The translations under genes and the position numbers were made by a program. From Takakia lepidozioides (lineage: Eukaryota > Plantae > Bryophyta), in NCBI GenBank assembly GCA_030704615.1, contig CM060731.1, positions 11,594,001 through 11,658,000 on the forward strand: a stretch of 64,000 nt of DNA. Direction: 5' to 3'. Positions 28,101-40,339 of this stretch are shown here, piece by piece. The stretch's first letter is position 1. Each line of letters begins with the position of its first letter. A model generated the notes under the pieces. The model was not told the DNA's origin. It saw only the letters and a program-made list of their open reading frames with translations, and searched no databases.

Positions 28101-31086
28101 GGAAAGGGGAAGCTGAGGTCCATGGTGACATTCTCAAAAGCTGGAATTGTACATTATGTCATCTGAACAGTGCCCTGGTGACAGGTCTGCCAAATGCGGG
28201 TGCGTAGAGGATGCAAAGGGAGTGTGGGGCAGACCTGGAAAGGGGAAGCTGAGGTCCATGGTGACATTCTCAAAAGCTGGAATTGTACATTATGTCATCT
28301 GAACAGTGCCCTGGTGGACAGGTCTGCCAAATGCGGGTGCGTAGAGGATGCAAAGGGCGTGTGGGGCAGACCTGGAAAGGGGAAGCTGAGGTCCATGGTG
28401 ACATTGTCAAAAGCTGGAATTGTACCTTATGTCATCTTGAATAGTGCCCTGGTGGACAGGTCTGCCAAATGCGGGTGCGTAGAGGATGCAAAGGGAGTGT
28501 GGGGCAGACCTGGAAAGGGGGAAGCTGAGGTCCATGGTGACATTCTCAAAAGCTGGAATTGTACATTATGTCATCTGAACAGTGCCCTGGTGGACAGGTC
28601 TGCCAAATGCGGGTGCGTAGAGGATGCAAAGGGAGTGTGGGGCAGACCTGGAAAGGGGGAAGCTGAGGTCCATGGTGACATTGTCAAAAGCTGGAATTGT
28701 ACCTTATGTCATTCTGAATAGTGCCCTGGTGGACAGGTCTGCCAAATGCGGGTGCGTAGAGGATGCAAAGGGAGTGTTGGGCAGACCTGGAAGGGGGAGG
28801 AGGTCCACGGTGACATTGTCAAAAGCTGGAATTGTACCTTATGTCATCTTGAAGAGTGCCCTGGTGGACAGGTCTGCAAATGCGGGTGCGTAGAGGATGC
28901 AAAGGGAGTGTGGGGCAGACCTGGAAAGGGGAAACTGAGGTCCATGGTGACATTATCAAAAGCTGGAATTGTACATTATGTCATCTGAACAGTGCCCTGG
29001 TGGACAGGTCTGCCAAATGCGGGTGCGTAGAGGATGCAAAGGGAGTGTGGGGCAGACCTGAAAAGGGGGAAGCTGAGGTCCATGGTGACATTCTCAAAAG
29101 CTGGAATTGTACATTATGTCATCTGAACAGTGCCCTGGTGGACAGGTCTGCCAAATGCGGGTGCGTAGAGAGGATGCAAAGGGAGTGTGGGGCAGACCTG
29201 GAAAGGGGGAAGCTGAGGTCCATGGTGACATTGTCAAAAGCTGGAATTGTACCTTATGTCATTCTGAATAGGGCCCTGGTGGACAGGTCTGCCAAATGCG
29301 GGTGCGTAGAGGATGCAAAGGGAGTGTTGGGCAGACCTGGAAAGGGGGAAGCTGAGGGTCCATGGTGACATTATCAAAAGCTGGAATTGTACATTATGTC
29401 ATCTGAACAGTGCCCTGGTGGACAGGTCTGCCAAATGCGGGTGCGTAGAGGATGCAAAGGGAGTGTGGGGCAGACCTGGAAAGGGGGAAGCTGAGGTCCA
29501 TGGTGACATTGTCAAAAGCTGGAATTGTACCTTATGTCATTCTGAACAGTGCCCTGGTGGACAGGTCTGCCAAATGCGGGGTGCGTAGAGGATGCAAAGG
29601 GAGAGTGTTGCGCAGACCTGGAAAGGGGGGAGGAAGTGAGGTCCATGGTGACATTATCAAAAGCTGGAATTGTACATTATGTCATCTGAACAGTGCCCTG
29701 GTGGACAGGTCTGCCAAATGCGGGTGCGTAGAGGATGCAAATGGAGTGTGGGGCAGACCTGGAAAGGGGGAAGCTGAGGTCCATGGTGACATTCTCAAAA
29801 GCTGGAATTGTACATTATGTCATCTGAACAGTGCCCTGGTGGACAGGTCAGCCAAATGCGGGTGCGTAGAGGATGCAAAGGGAGTGTGGGGCAGACCTGG
29901 AAAGGGGGAAGCTGAGGTCCATGGTGACATTATCAAAAAGCTGGAATTGTACATTATGTCATCTGAACAGTTGCCCTGGTGGACAGGTCTGCCAAATGCG
30001 GGTGCGTAGAGGATGCAAGGGAGTGTGGGGCAGACCTGGAAAGGGGAAGCTGGAGAAGTGAGGTCCATGGTGACATTGTCAAAAGCTGGAATTGTACCTT
30101 ATGTCATTCTGAACAGTGCCCTGGTGGACAGGTCTGCCAAATGCGGGTGCGTAGAGGATGCAAAGGGGAGTGTTGCGCAGACCTGGAAAGGGGGGGAAGC
30201 TGAGGTCCATGGTGACATTATCAAAAGCTGGTGGAATTGTACATTATGTCATCTGAACAGTGCCCTGGTGGACAGGTCTGCCAAATGCGGGTGCGTAGAG
30301 GATGCAAAAGGGAGTGTGGGGCAGACCTGGAAAGGGGGAAGCTGAGGTCCATGGTGACATTATCAAAAGCTGGAATTGTACATTATGTCATCTGAACAGT
30401 GCCCTGGTGGACAGGTCTGCCAAATGCGGGTGCGTAGAGGATGCAAAGGGAGTGTGGGGCAGACCTGGAAGGGGGAAGCTGAGGTCCATGGTGACATTGT
30501 CAAAAGCTGGAATTGTACATTATGTCATCTGAACAGTGCCCTGGTGGACAGGTCTACCAAATGCGGGTGCGTAGAGGATGCAAAAGGGAGTGTTGGGCAG
30601 ACCTGGAAAAGGGGGAAGAGGTCCACGGTGACATTGTCAAAAGCTGGAATTGTACCTTATGTCATCTTGAAGAGTGCCCTGGTGGACAGGTCTGCCAAAT
30701 GCGGGTGCGTAGAGGATGCAAAGGGAGTGTGGGGCAGACCTGGAAAGGGGGAAGCTGAGGTCCATGGTGACATTATCAAAAGCTGGAATTGTACATTATG
30801 TCATCTGAACAGTGCCCTGGTGGACAGGTCTGCCAAATGCGGGTGCGTAGAGGATGCAAATGGAGTGTGGGGCAGACCTGGAAAGGGGGAAGCTGAGGTC
30901 CATGGTGACATTATCAAAAGCTGGAATTGTACATTATGTCATCTGAACAGTGCCCTGGTGGACAGGTCTGCCAAATGCGGGTGCGTAGAGGATGCAAAGG
31001 GAGTGTGGGGCTGACCTGGAAAAGGGGGAAGAGGTCCATGGTGACATTGTCAAAAGCTGGAATTGTTGTACTTTGTGTCATTCTGA
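22151..31086 (+). repeat. 138-bp tandem satellite (about 65 copies) derived from PPR L1/S1 motif DNA
   Basis: Monomer CCTGGAAAGGGGGAAGCTGAGGTCCATGGTGACATTGTCAAAAGCTGGAATTGTAC..GTGCCCTGGTGGACAGGTCTGCCAAATGCGGGTGCGTAGAGGATGCAAAGGGAGTGTGGGGCAGA matches the PPR coding unit at e.g. 59123-59252. Confidence 0.97.
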
Positions 31087-31923
31087 GAGTCCAAATTATC
31101 TAGGGAAGGAAAATCACTAAGGGATACATTTCACCCTGTTCCCTCTTATCAGAATTGGCCCTAAATTCCATGTTGAACTCTCCAATTCCCAATGCCCTTT
31201 ATTACTTAGGCTTTCACTTCCCGAAGCAACTTACATCTGTACCAGCCTTGAGTTTTATTGACAGAGCAACACATACTCTTAGTGCTCTTTATCATTAAAG
31301 TATACAGAATATACTGGCATGGTTCTGTTCACCAGCCATAGATAAGAGTATACATTGTACCATTGGGTGGTTAATCCAAAGATAACATTATACATCTGAA
31401 AACCCCAGACTTGGAGATAAGATGTCTTGAACAATACATTCTGATTCAGAACTGAAACCATCGTACTATTTAGTATTTAATCAGCATGGTAGGTAGCTTA
31501 AAAAACTACTCTATAAGCTGGCTCAACTTATTAGTATTATGGAAGATATGTGGTGTTGGAGGAAAACACAATTACAATGAGCGGAAAGTCTTTGACAATC
31601 TTATCAAGGGCAAATAGATATCTTTTTAATTAATTTATTGGATTTTATTCTGTTTTTTAATGAATAAACTTGATATAATATAAAAACATACATATACATA
31701 TTTGAGGGTATTTTTTAATGATTGAAAAGGAGAATATACATATAGAGGGGTTTTTTTTTTTAAATTATAAATTTTTGTATATGTACAGGAGAGGGTTTTA
31801 TAATCCTCAAAAAGTATGTACAGAGGGGATATAAATTATCCGAGGACCCGTATACAGGGGTTTTTTTTATTAGTCGGTGAACGCACGTGATACGCACATT
31901 TTATAAAAAGTGCACCCCCCAGG

Positions 31924-33599
31924 TATCCGCCATGAAACCTGCGAAATTTGGAGATGGCAGCCCATGGCAGCCCATGACACGTATCAGGGAATTCCACATG
32001 AGCTTCTGGGATTCCGTATCCTCGGATTGCATGTCACAAACTGCAATTGTCATAACTCGTTGGTACACTGGATCGTAGACATGACAAGCCATTGTTGTCC
32101 AATCCTTCACTCGTTTCACATGATCAAACATAAAAAAACAGTTCTGCAAGTCCCCAGTCTTTTGCATCCGCTTCACGAGGCTAACCCCACTGCCCTCCCC
32201 AACAGTCGACATTTTGAAAAGAAAAACTTCGATGGCACCTTGACCTGGGAATACATTGTCCTGGATGTAATCGTACTTGCTCACTCGTTTCAATTCCAAA
32301 ATATTGTCTATGTAGCCTCTGATCCCAGAGCCCATTCTCAATGCATTGATCTGATGCCGAATGTTCGGTGAACTTAAAGTGAGAAAAGAAATGATCCATG
32401 ACCAGGTCCAATGCTGCACCGTCAAGTTTAGTCCCCACAGAATCCCCTTCACTCAAAATATGGCTTTCCAAGAAGGACTTGCTTGCGCCAAGAGCAATTG
32501 CAGATGTTGTTGCGGATGGGTTTCTCCCGAACTCCTGTTTAATCAACCTCGATACTGTCTCAACACTCTCCCTGTAATCCCCTTCGAGACAGGATGGTTA
32601 TGGAATCCGAAATGCACACAAGCTCTTGTCATTGTTTTCAAACGGTGGACAACATAGTACATTCTTGCTCCGCAGAGCGCCAAGCAGGATGGCACAAGTT
32701 TGCAGAATTTGCAGACAAAAGTGTTTGCCAGTGGAGGGGCAGTCCCAGGCTGAAATGGATTTGACCCTCCCATTCGCTTTGATTATGAACCCCAGACTGA
32801 AGAAAGTGTCTGCAATTCAAATTATCACACCTAAGGTGTCCATTGCAAACTGTCCTCCTGAAAACAAGCTTGTCATCATTCTGAATATTGGATGTTTTTG
32901 TTATGCACCACGGGTGCCCGTCATGTTTCTTGTCCATTCCATGCATCATGATTGTTACACCTCCAACTCGCGGAGGAGGAGGAGGCAGCTCGAATAGGAT
33001 ATCGCCATCAAAAGTCTCCGGCAAGAACTTCACAGGCACCTGCTTCAAAGATTCCCAATCAATTCCCCGCAACTCACTTTTGAAATCCAGCCATTCCTCC
33101 CATCGCCCGCAATTTTGGAATGACACTACAAATCTCTTCTTCATCAGCTTCTCCAACCACAGTAGGAAGGACTGGATTTGGAATTTCACTTATGTCATCA
33201 TCGGAAGAATCCGAAAGCTCAACGATTGGAGTGGAGGACGTCTGTTCTTTTTTTCACCACCACCTCCCTCTTGTCTTCAACGACCGAAGCAGTAGTCCCA
33301 GGCGTCACATATGACCCAAGGGACTTTCGCCGAGGCTCTCCAAGTACTCTGTATCGACCAGGACGCACTCTCCACTGGCTGATATGAGCCGTCTCATCAC
33401 GGTTTTGGAAAGAGTATTTCAACAACTTCCCTTTAAGATCGTACACCTCTTTCTCCAAAAAGTTGAAGCCATTCTGCAGCTGAAAACGGGTAGCCAAGAC
33501 ATGTTCCAAAACAATTGCAAATCCATTGTCAAGGACTTCCTGGGGAGAACGGCACTGGTTTGTCGTCAGAGAAGAAGACTCCGCTTCAGAGGAAGCCAT
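31924..33599 (-). pseudogene. N-terminal half of transposase 2 (Cys/His-rich GCM/WRKY-like region, then first two catalytic Asp)
   Basis: DGHPW..CNGHLRCDNLNC..CKFC..C..C..H..H; FMFDHVKRVKDW and FAGFMAD; several frameshifts between ORF pieces. Confidence 0.75.
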
Positions 33600-34455
33600 C
33601 TTCCTTCCTCGCGTACATTGTACCTTGCTATCGCAGATCTAGTGTAAATCGGTTTACTGATGTCTCCAGAACACAGTTGAGAGAATGAGCAGAAAATATG
33701 GCGGAGGAGGAAGCTCAGACAACGACTGTGCATATTATGTTATTCTTTCCAGATATGCAGCCGTCCATTTTAATTACTTTTCTTGTGGGCCCAGTGGTCA
33801 GAGTATCCCTAGGAGCAGTGTCGGCAGCTGTTAAACCGTTAACCAGAACCTCATCAATAAACCCAATAACAAAGCCGACTTCCTGGAAGCATGCCACAGG
33901 ATCTGAGGATGGGATTGCAGATTAAGTAAATGTATCTTTATACTACTACCAATGATCATGCGCACCTGGAAAGTTCCAAATGTGAAACGAATGTGGGTTT
34001 GGCTAACAAGGATGACCGTGTATGATATTCCAAGATTTGTCATCAACTCTCGTTCATTTACATTTATTGTGTAAGACTGTGCGCCAAGATTTCTGGGATT
34101 CGCTGTTATTTTTAAATATTGAAACCGTTCTAATAAAGAACACGCCGTTTATTTTGGGCGACACACGTCGGACATCCATAACTGAATACGAACAGCTGTA
34201 CACCAATTGCTGGCATGTGCACTAATAAGGGAACGACTATGTGTAACGGTCACGAGGAGAGGGAATCCGATGCTTCTAGAGACACGCAAGAACGCAGGCA
34301 ATCCCGCAAGAAATCGGGAGTCACTGCGTTGTTCTACTTTCGCGCTTAGAGAGAGAGTGGTAGTCAAGCTGGAGAGGGTTCCTTCTACAATACGAAAGAG
34401 AAGAAAGTCTCTTTATTTTACTTCCCTTAGAGAGAGACACAGAGCAAGAGAGCAA

Positions 34456-37400
34456 ATGACGAGGCGTCGTTTGTTGGAGAACACAGGGCCAAGGCAGCAG
34501 GTGAACACGGAGAATGATTCAGAAGAGCAGACGGAGACTGAGGCAACGGCTGTGACACAGTCGGCGATAAGAGTGCGCCAGCCTGTGGAGGCAGAGATGA
34601 TTCGCAGGGACACTGAAGGAGGTGGAAGCACACGGAACGCCGAACCGGGAGAAGGTCCAGAAACCCTGGAGCAGACAGAAATTCCAGCAGATGTGAGAGG
34701 GAAGAGGAAAGCTGCAGAAGGGGATCCAATTTCAAAACCTAAGAAGGCGCCAGTAAGTTTTATCTAACTTACATTTCATTGTTGAAGATATGCGTAGAGA
34801 TTGAGTGGAATGTCCCAGACAGGGATTGTCACTACCGAAAAGTAAACAGAGTATAGACTCGGGCTTACTGCATACATGTACTCTAGAAACGCCTCTCGTG
34901 TCAAAGAATACCAAGTGCCTACTGCTCTTCCTGTTTCGCACTTCTTGATGATATTGGGTGGTAGTACTGTCGGAAAATCATCCAGCTTCATCAGACCAAT
35001 CCTCTGAATTCGGAATAGTGTGTGAACCAAGCTTGTTGTCACATGCGATTTCTCTGTCGATCTGCAAAAACATTGGAAACATCGCATTCCTTAACACTGT
35101 TTTTTGAGGATTAATAAGACACTACAGAGGGAATGAAATCTCCTGGATGACTTACTTGTTCACGCCGTGCATAGCTGTAAGAAGCCTAGCGATGTCGTTT
35201 CCAGGATCCAAAACCATTGCCTCCACAACAACATGCTTGTCTTTGTCTTTCGCATGGTGTTTCTGAATGTTCCCCATCCATGCCAGCAATCGGTGGTTGC
35301 CGTCCCAGACGTAGAACATGTGGTTGCAGAATGCTGGGTGTTCTTTCCCATCATGAAGCCCAGCTCGAACTCCTCATTGACATCTTTCCAGCACTCATCC
35401 CAGTTATCACTGATCTCTGGAGACACTAATGTGCTTTTCCCATTTATATCCGTCAGTGACACATAAAAAACTTGTGCACCAAATCTATATATCCATGCAC
35501 AAAATCACTCTCCAATTTTGTTATGTCATGGGAAAGAGGTGGACGCACAACGGGCATTGATATCATCCGGCATAGAGGGATGTCCAAACGCCCTCCAGAT
35601 ACGAGCATGTCCCTTATAACCTCCTGAGAGTTTACCTTCTGGAATGACATGAGTTCTTTCACCTTGTCAAGGTAGTGCACTTCAGATTCATCTGCTTCAT
35701 CTGTATTCTCTGAGCTTTTTGCGGACTCGTCCCCATCTCCAGATCCTTTCCCCTCTGATCCTAGGCTTCGACCTCACAGTTTTCTGCACAATGCCATTCA
35801 GTTCTGACTGAGTAATTTGCAAATAGTGAATGGCGGTAACGACATCACTCTGTCTCAAAGAAAACTCACTATGAATGGTGTGAAACAATTCAGCACAATC
35901 TACACAAGCAAAGCTGATGATACTGCCGTATTCAAAACAAAGCAGGCGAGAGCGATAGCGAATGGCGTTAACGACAATCACAAAAGATAACGATCTGCCG
36001 GATCGGTGTTGTGTAATGACATCTATGTGCAAGTGATTGGCGGCAACGACATTCAGTATAGTTTAGGGCGGACAGTAAGTGTAGATTATTCAGATTGACT
36101 CCACTGTGATTACCGTCGCCAGCATGGAAAGAGGAAGGATTGCTTGAAAGGCAATCAGACAGACTGTATGGTCTGAACAACGATGATTGACGGTATGCCG
36201 ACCCTCACTCTCTCTTCAAACACATAGGTACATAAATCTCATGAGGAGAATCGAATGGCGTTAACGACGCTCGCAATTCAGTAGTTCCTGCTAAAGAAGG
36301 GAAGATGAAGGACTCCTTGAAAGACAATCAGACAGACTGTATGATCTGAACAACAGTGAATGACTGTACCGATAGTCACCCACTCATTGTGCGGTAAACC
36401 CTTAGCAGAGGAGTAGAAAGCAAATCACCTTTGTGATGTCCCTTCTCAGCTGCCTCTGCCAGTTCTTGCTGCATTGATTCAAGTAGTGATTAGCTCCGAA
36501 GGGACTACAAACATGTATCCGAATATTACCGCACTACACCAGAGGAACTAAGGACATCAAAGGGTGTGGAAGCTGTAATAAAGAAGGAGTTTGAAATGCG
36601 AAGAACCAAATTGATGTCCGCCTTCGGAAAGCACCTTAGAATAGTAGATCCTGGACTTGGTCCTGAGTTCCTTTAGCAGATCAAAAAACACTATGACAAG
36701 CATGTGCATCCGGAGATGCAGCAGGAGAAATTGCACCAGCTGGCCATATCGATGGTCGACCCACAAACAAAAATAAGGTGGCTGGAGATATGGAACTCAG
36801 ATCAAACAGTAAAGGACTTGAATCAGTTCCCAAAAAGCACCATACAGCCTGACACAAAGGTGGAAGGAATCAGTGATTTGGTGTTTGATAACTGGCTCCA
36901 CAAGGCTACATTTTGGAGTCAGGTGTGTATTCAAACATGTCGTTTTCTTCTCTTCAAATATGTGTGAGTATCTTATTTGCAATTCTGACAAATATACTAT
37001 TTGCAGCTCGAAAAGCGCGCCGTCATTGTGCTGGATCAGACTTTGAAGGACCTGAACATTTCGATTGTTTCCCCTCCCCAAATGTCATTGGAGGCATACA
37101 TAAGGAAGTGGAGAGGTCTCACCTGGAGATACTGTTTTTTTCAGGGAGTTCTCCAAAGATGGTAACATTTTACGGTCCAAACGACTTTGACAGTCAGGTT
37201 GGAGGAGAGTGGGCCATGATGCGAGTTGTGTACAGGTGCAATGTCATACTTGAAACTCTACTGCTTTTTTTGGGAAAAAATGTGGCTTCATAAGGATTGC
37301 ATTCATAGATCCAGATTGAATGTCGTTGACGACATTCACTTCTTTGTCTGAGTCATTCTTAAGCGAGTATATGAATTCACCTGGTTAGGATCTAAGGGTG

Positions 37401-39871
37401 TAATTCTAGTGTCCCTGATTAGAATTGCTAATTCCTTGAATGACGTTGACGACATTCACATCCGGAGTTTTTGAGAGGTCCTCAAGTTATGTAAATTTTT
37501 GTAATGTCCATAGAGGTTACAGTGAGGTTTCCTCACTTCATTTGCTGAATGTCAATGCAGACATTCAGTTGTTCGCATTGTTTTTGGCCTCTTGCGAGGA
37601 ATCTGGAGGCTTGATAAGCTCTGTTATGAGAAATCCAAGTGAATGTCGTTGACGACATTCACTTCTGTGTCTATATTATTCACCAGCGACAATTCGAATT
37701 TACATGGATTGGGAGCTAAGTAATTGGTTCCTTGTTGGTATTTTTTTGAATGGCGTTGACGCCAATCACATACAGTGTTGTTGTGAGGTCCTTAGTGATA
37801 TGTTCGTTATGAATGTGCATTGAGTTTTCCTGGAGGGTTCCTTACTCGAGTTTATGATTTCCATCATGTGATTTTGTTTCATTTAAGGAATAATTAGGCT
37901 TGATTAGTGAATGTCATTGACGACATTCACTTCTATGTCTGTGTCATTCAAAAACGATAGTTTCACTAAGCGCTTTTGTGGGTTGGGATTTATCTCCTTT
38001 TTTCAGGTACACGAAATATGTGCTTATGGAAGGAAATCACCTGAGCGAATTCCAGACTATCTTGACATGTGGTCGGACCTTGCAAACGATCCAACCATGT
38101 ATACTGCAGGGATATTGAAGGACTGGAGTCCTTCTCACTTCAGAGACTGTGGGTGGTACCTTGACTGCCCACCGGAGCACACGACCTTTCAAGAACAACA
38201 TATGAAATACTTGAACAATAACGCTGAGATGTTGGCGCCTTTGACTGACGAAGAGTACCAACGAAACATAGCAACATTGGCTGCCAAGGGGCCTGATGCT
38301 CAGGGAACGCCGCAGAAGGGAAAGAAGGCGGGCCACACACCAAAAGACAAGGCTGTTGATGTCATAGCCATCTCACCAGCAAAGCCAAAGGACAAAGACA
38401 AGTCCAAAAGAGAAGAAAAGGACAAGGGGAAGGAGAAAAGAAAAGGAGATGGAGAGTGGGCAGGACTTTACTGCTGGAAGATATACCCGCACTGTTCAGT
38501 GCGTGTTCGATGCCAAGCCACACCCTTCCCGTTCTGATTCGGCAAGAGAGATGAAAATTGTTAATGAGGGTTGGCTGTCGATGATGCAAAGTCGAAAGAG
38601 AGGATACACTGGGGTGCCATCCCCTACCTGGGACAATATAATCTCATTCCTCAATCTGGTGAGAATTCCAGTTTCTTTTCTTTTTCTCTGAAAGTTTCGT
38701 TGGCAGTATTTCAGTCTCGTTCTTTGAAAACATTCTTGCCATCGTTCTTATAAAAAACATGTCTGTTGCAGGTAAGCACAGGTCCTACCTTCGTGTGCGG
38801 TGTGCAGAAAACTTATGAGGCCAACATTGTCATTCTCGACATCCCGGATGGCCATGCTGTGCCAGAAGTTCTTTCAAAGGGCAAGACGCCAGGCTGGAAC
38901 AAATTCGAGGACAACTACTGGAGTTGGGTGTTCGGGTTCTGTAACAACTTCCTCTCTGATGCAGGGACACTTCTGCTTTTTCAGTCGTGTGACAATGATA
39001 GTCGTCGGGCATTGGCATCATACCTCAAGTCTTCAGGGTTTGAAGTTTTGTGCACATGGAATTGTGTGAACAGCCTCTACCTTGTGAAAGGAGGTTTCCC
39101 TGGTCAGCTGGTATGCCGTCTCCCTTCTGCTTGTGCTTTCATGATGAGTTTCAATGTTCTCTGCAGCTCCACTCTAGTAGAATGTGTTATCGATCATCAC
39201 CGATTCATGATTTTTTTGTGTCTGAGTTCTGAATAGCCGATGTACACACTTCCACTATAGATTGTGTTTACCACACTAACCTGCTATCTTTGGCAGACGA
39301 GGATGTTCGAGGCGATCTGCCTGCGGAGGATTCGCACCTCAAAGACACCATCCTCCATCCGCAGCTTTGAGATTTCTGACCAGGGTTGTTTCGTCAACCC
39401 CCCCTATGAGCCACATGTCGATGACATTTTGTACAACTTCATGCAGTCCAGTCAGACTCTGAAGAGACCAGATGGCATTCTCTGGAGAGGTGCAAAGGAA
39501 AAGTCCCCAGCGTTCATGCAAATACTGCTGGAGTCATGCAGCCACCGCTCTGCACGGGTGGTCGATCTTTCTGTGTCCACAGGTTCGTTCTTTCCCTTCC
39601 GAATTGGTTTTCTTTCAACAGTTTCATCTGCTTAAATCCCCCCCACCAAACTGTTCATGTCCTCCTGTGTGGTGCAGGAGCAACTTACCATGCATGCAAG
39701 GCAGGCGGAAGAAGCCTTTTTGGCATGGAGGGTGATTCTGACCTCTACAACACAGTGCTCCTCCCCCTTTTGTCTGGCTCCACTTTAGGCACACAGACTG
39801 ATCGGATTCAAATTCGAAATGATGACGATCCCGAAGATAAGCAGGTCGACAACGACTTTTCATGTGAGTAA
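34456..39871 (+). pseudogene. Multi-exon element gene: acidic N-terminus, ParB/Srx-like domain, C-terminal beta-class N4/N6 DNA methyltransferase fold; internal segment about 34777-36421 inverted
   Basis: Exon 1 34456-34752. Inverted exons on the minus strand 35820-35156 (MFYVWDGNHRLLAW) and 35062-34870. Plus-strand exons from 36450. MTase-like motifs: NIVILDIPDG (DPPY position), FLSDAGTLLLF, KEKSPAFMQILLESCS..RVVDLSVSTG/ATYHACKAGGRSLFGMEGD (motif I-II). Stops and frameshifts are present. Confidence 0.7.
35826..37930. repeat. Dispersed 22-24 bp palindromes, consensus GTGAATGTCGTTGACGACATTCAC, in introns of the ParB-MTase gene
   Basis: Copies at 37317, 37437, 37545, 37639, 37747, 37907; more diverged copies at 35826, 35958, 36033, 36252. 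Confidence 0.85.
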
Positions 39872-40339
39872 GTGCTAAACCTCTTTGGGAGCCATACTCA
39901 ATTTCTCAATAACATCAAAGTTACAGTAATAATTTTTCAGGCTGTCTTTCAGGAAAGGCAGCGGTGGATCTTCAGGAGATACAGTCATTTCTGGCGAGTC
40001 TGTTTTCGACAGCCCCCTTTCCAATTTTCTGCTTCCTGTTTAGGCCGAAGCAATGGCACTTCACGCGGCCGAGTCCCTATCCCCTGACTTTTTAGTAGCC
40101 AGCCATAGGTGTATCCAGCGTAGATCCGGTGTTCTAAAATACTTAGACTTAGATGCAGAGGAAGCGGGGATACATTGTACTGACTCTGAGTCAGACTGAA
40201 CTGTATTCTTTTAATATTCATTTTCATACTATCTGGAAAACGTTGAATCCCCTTCCTCCACCGTAGTTGTTCTTTTAGAACAAATACTAATCACAGAATC
40301 AACTTTCATTTAAATTGCAATATGTATGAATCCATCTCA

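Larger units (their letters stand above)
20878..31923. mobile_element. Non-autonomous hAT-like pack element (11,046 bp) inserted in transposase 2
   Basis: Perfect 15-bp TIR CCTGGGGGGTGCACT; 8-bp TSD TATCCGCC at 20870-20877 and 31924-31931. Removing it restores FAGFMAD-SAQANF. An 8-bp TSD with a short TIR is hAT-typical; no transposase inside. Confidence 0.88.

Noticed and set aside
22151-31086. CRISPR array, or genuine coding ORFs in the 138-bp repeat
   Set aside because: Head-to-tail monomers without unique spacers and no cas genes; the ORFs switch frame constantly and are by-products of a stop-poor monomer.
37317-37930. CRISPR-like repeat-spacer array
   Set aside because: Spacers are 70-140 bp, irregular and similar to one another (old tandem duplication); intronic eukaryotic context.
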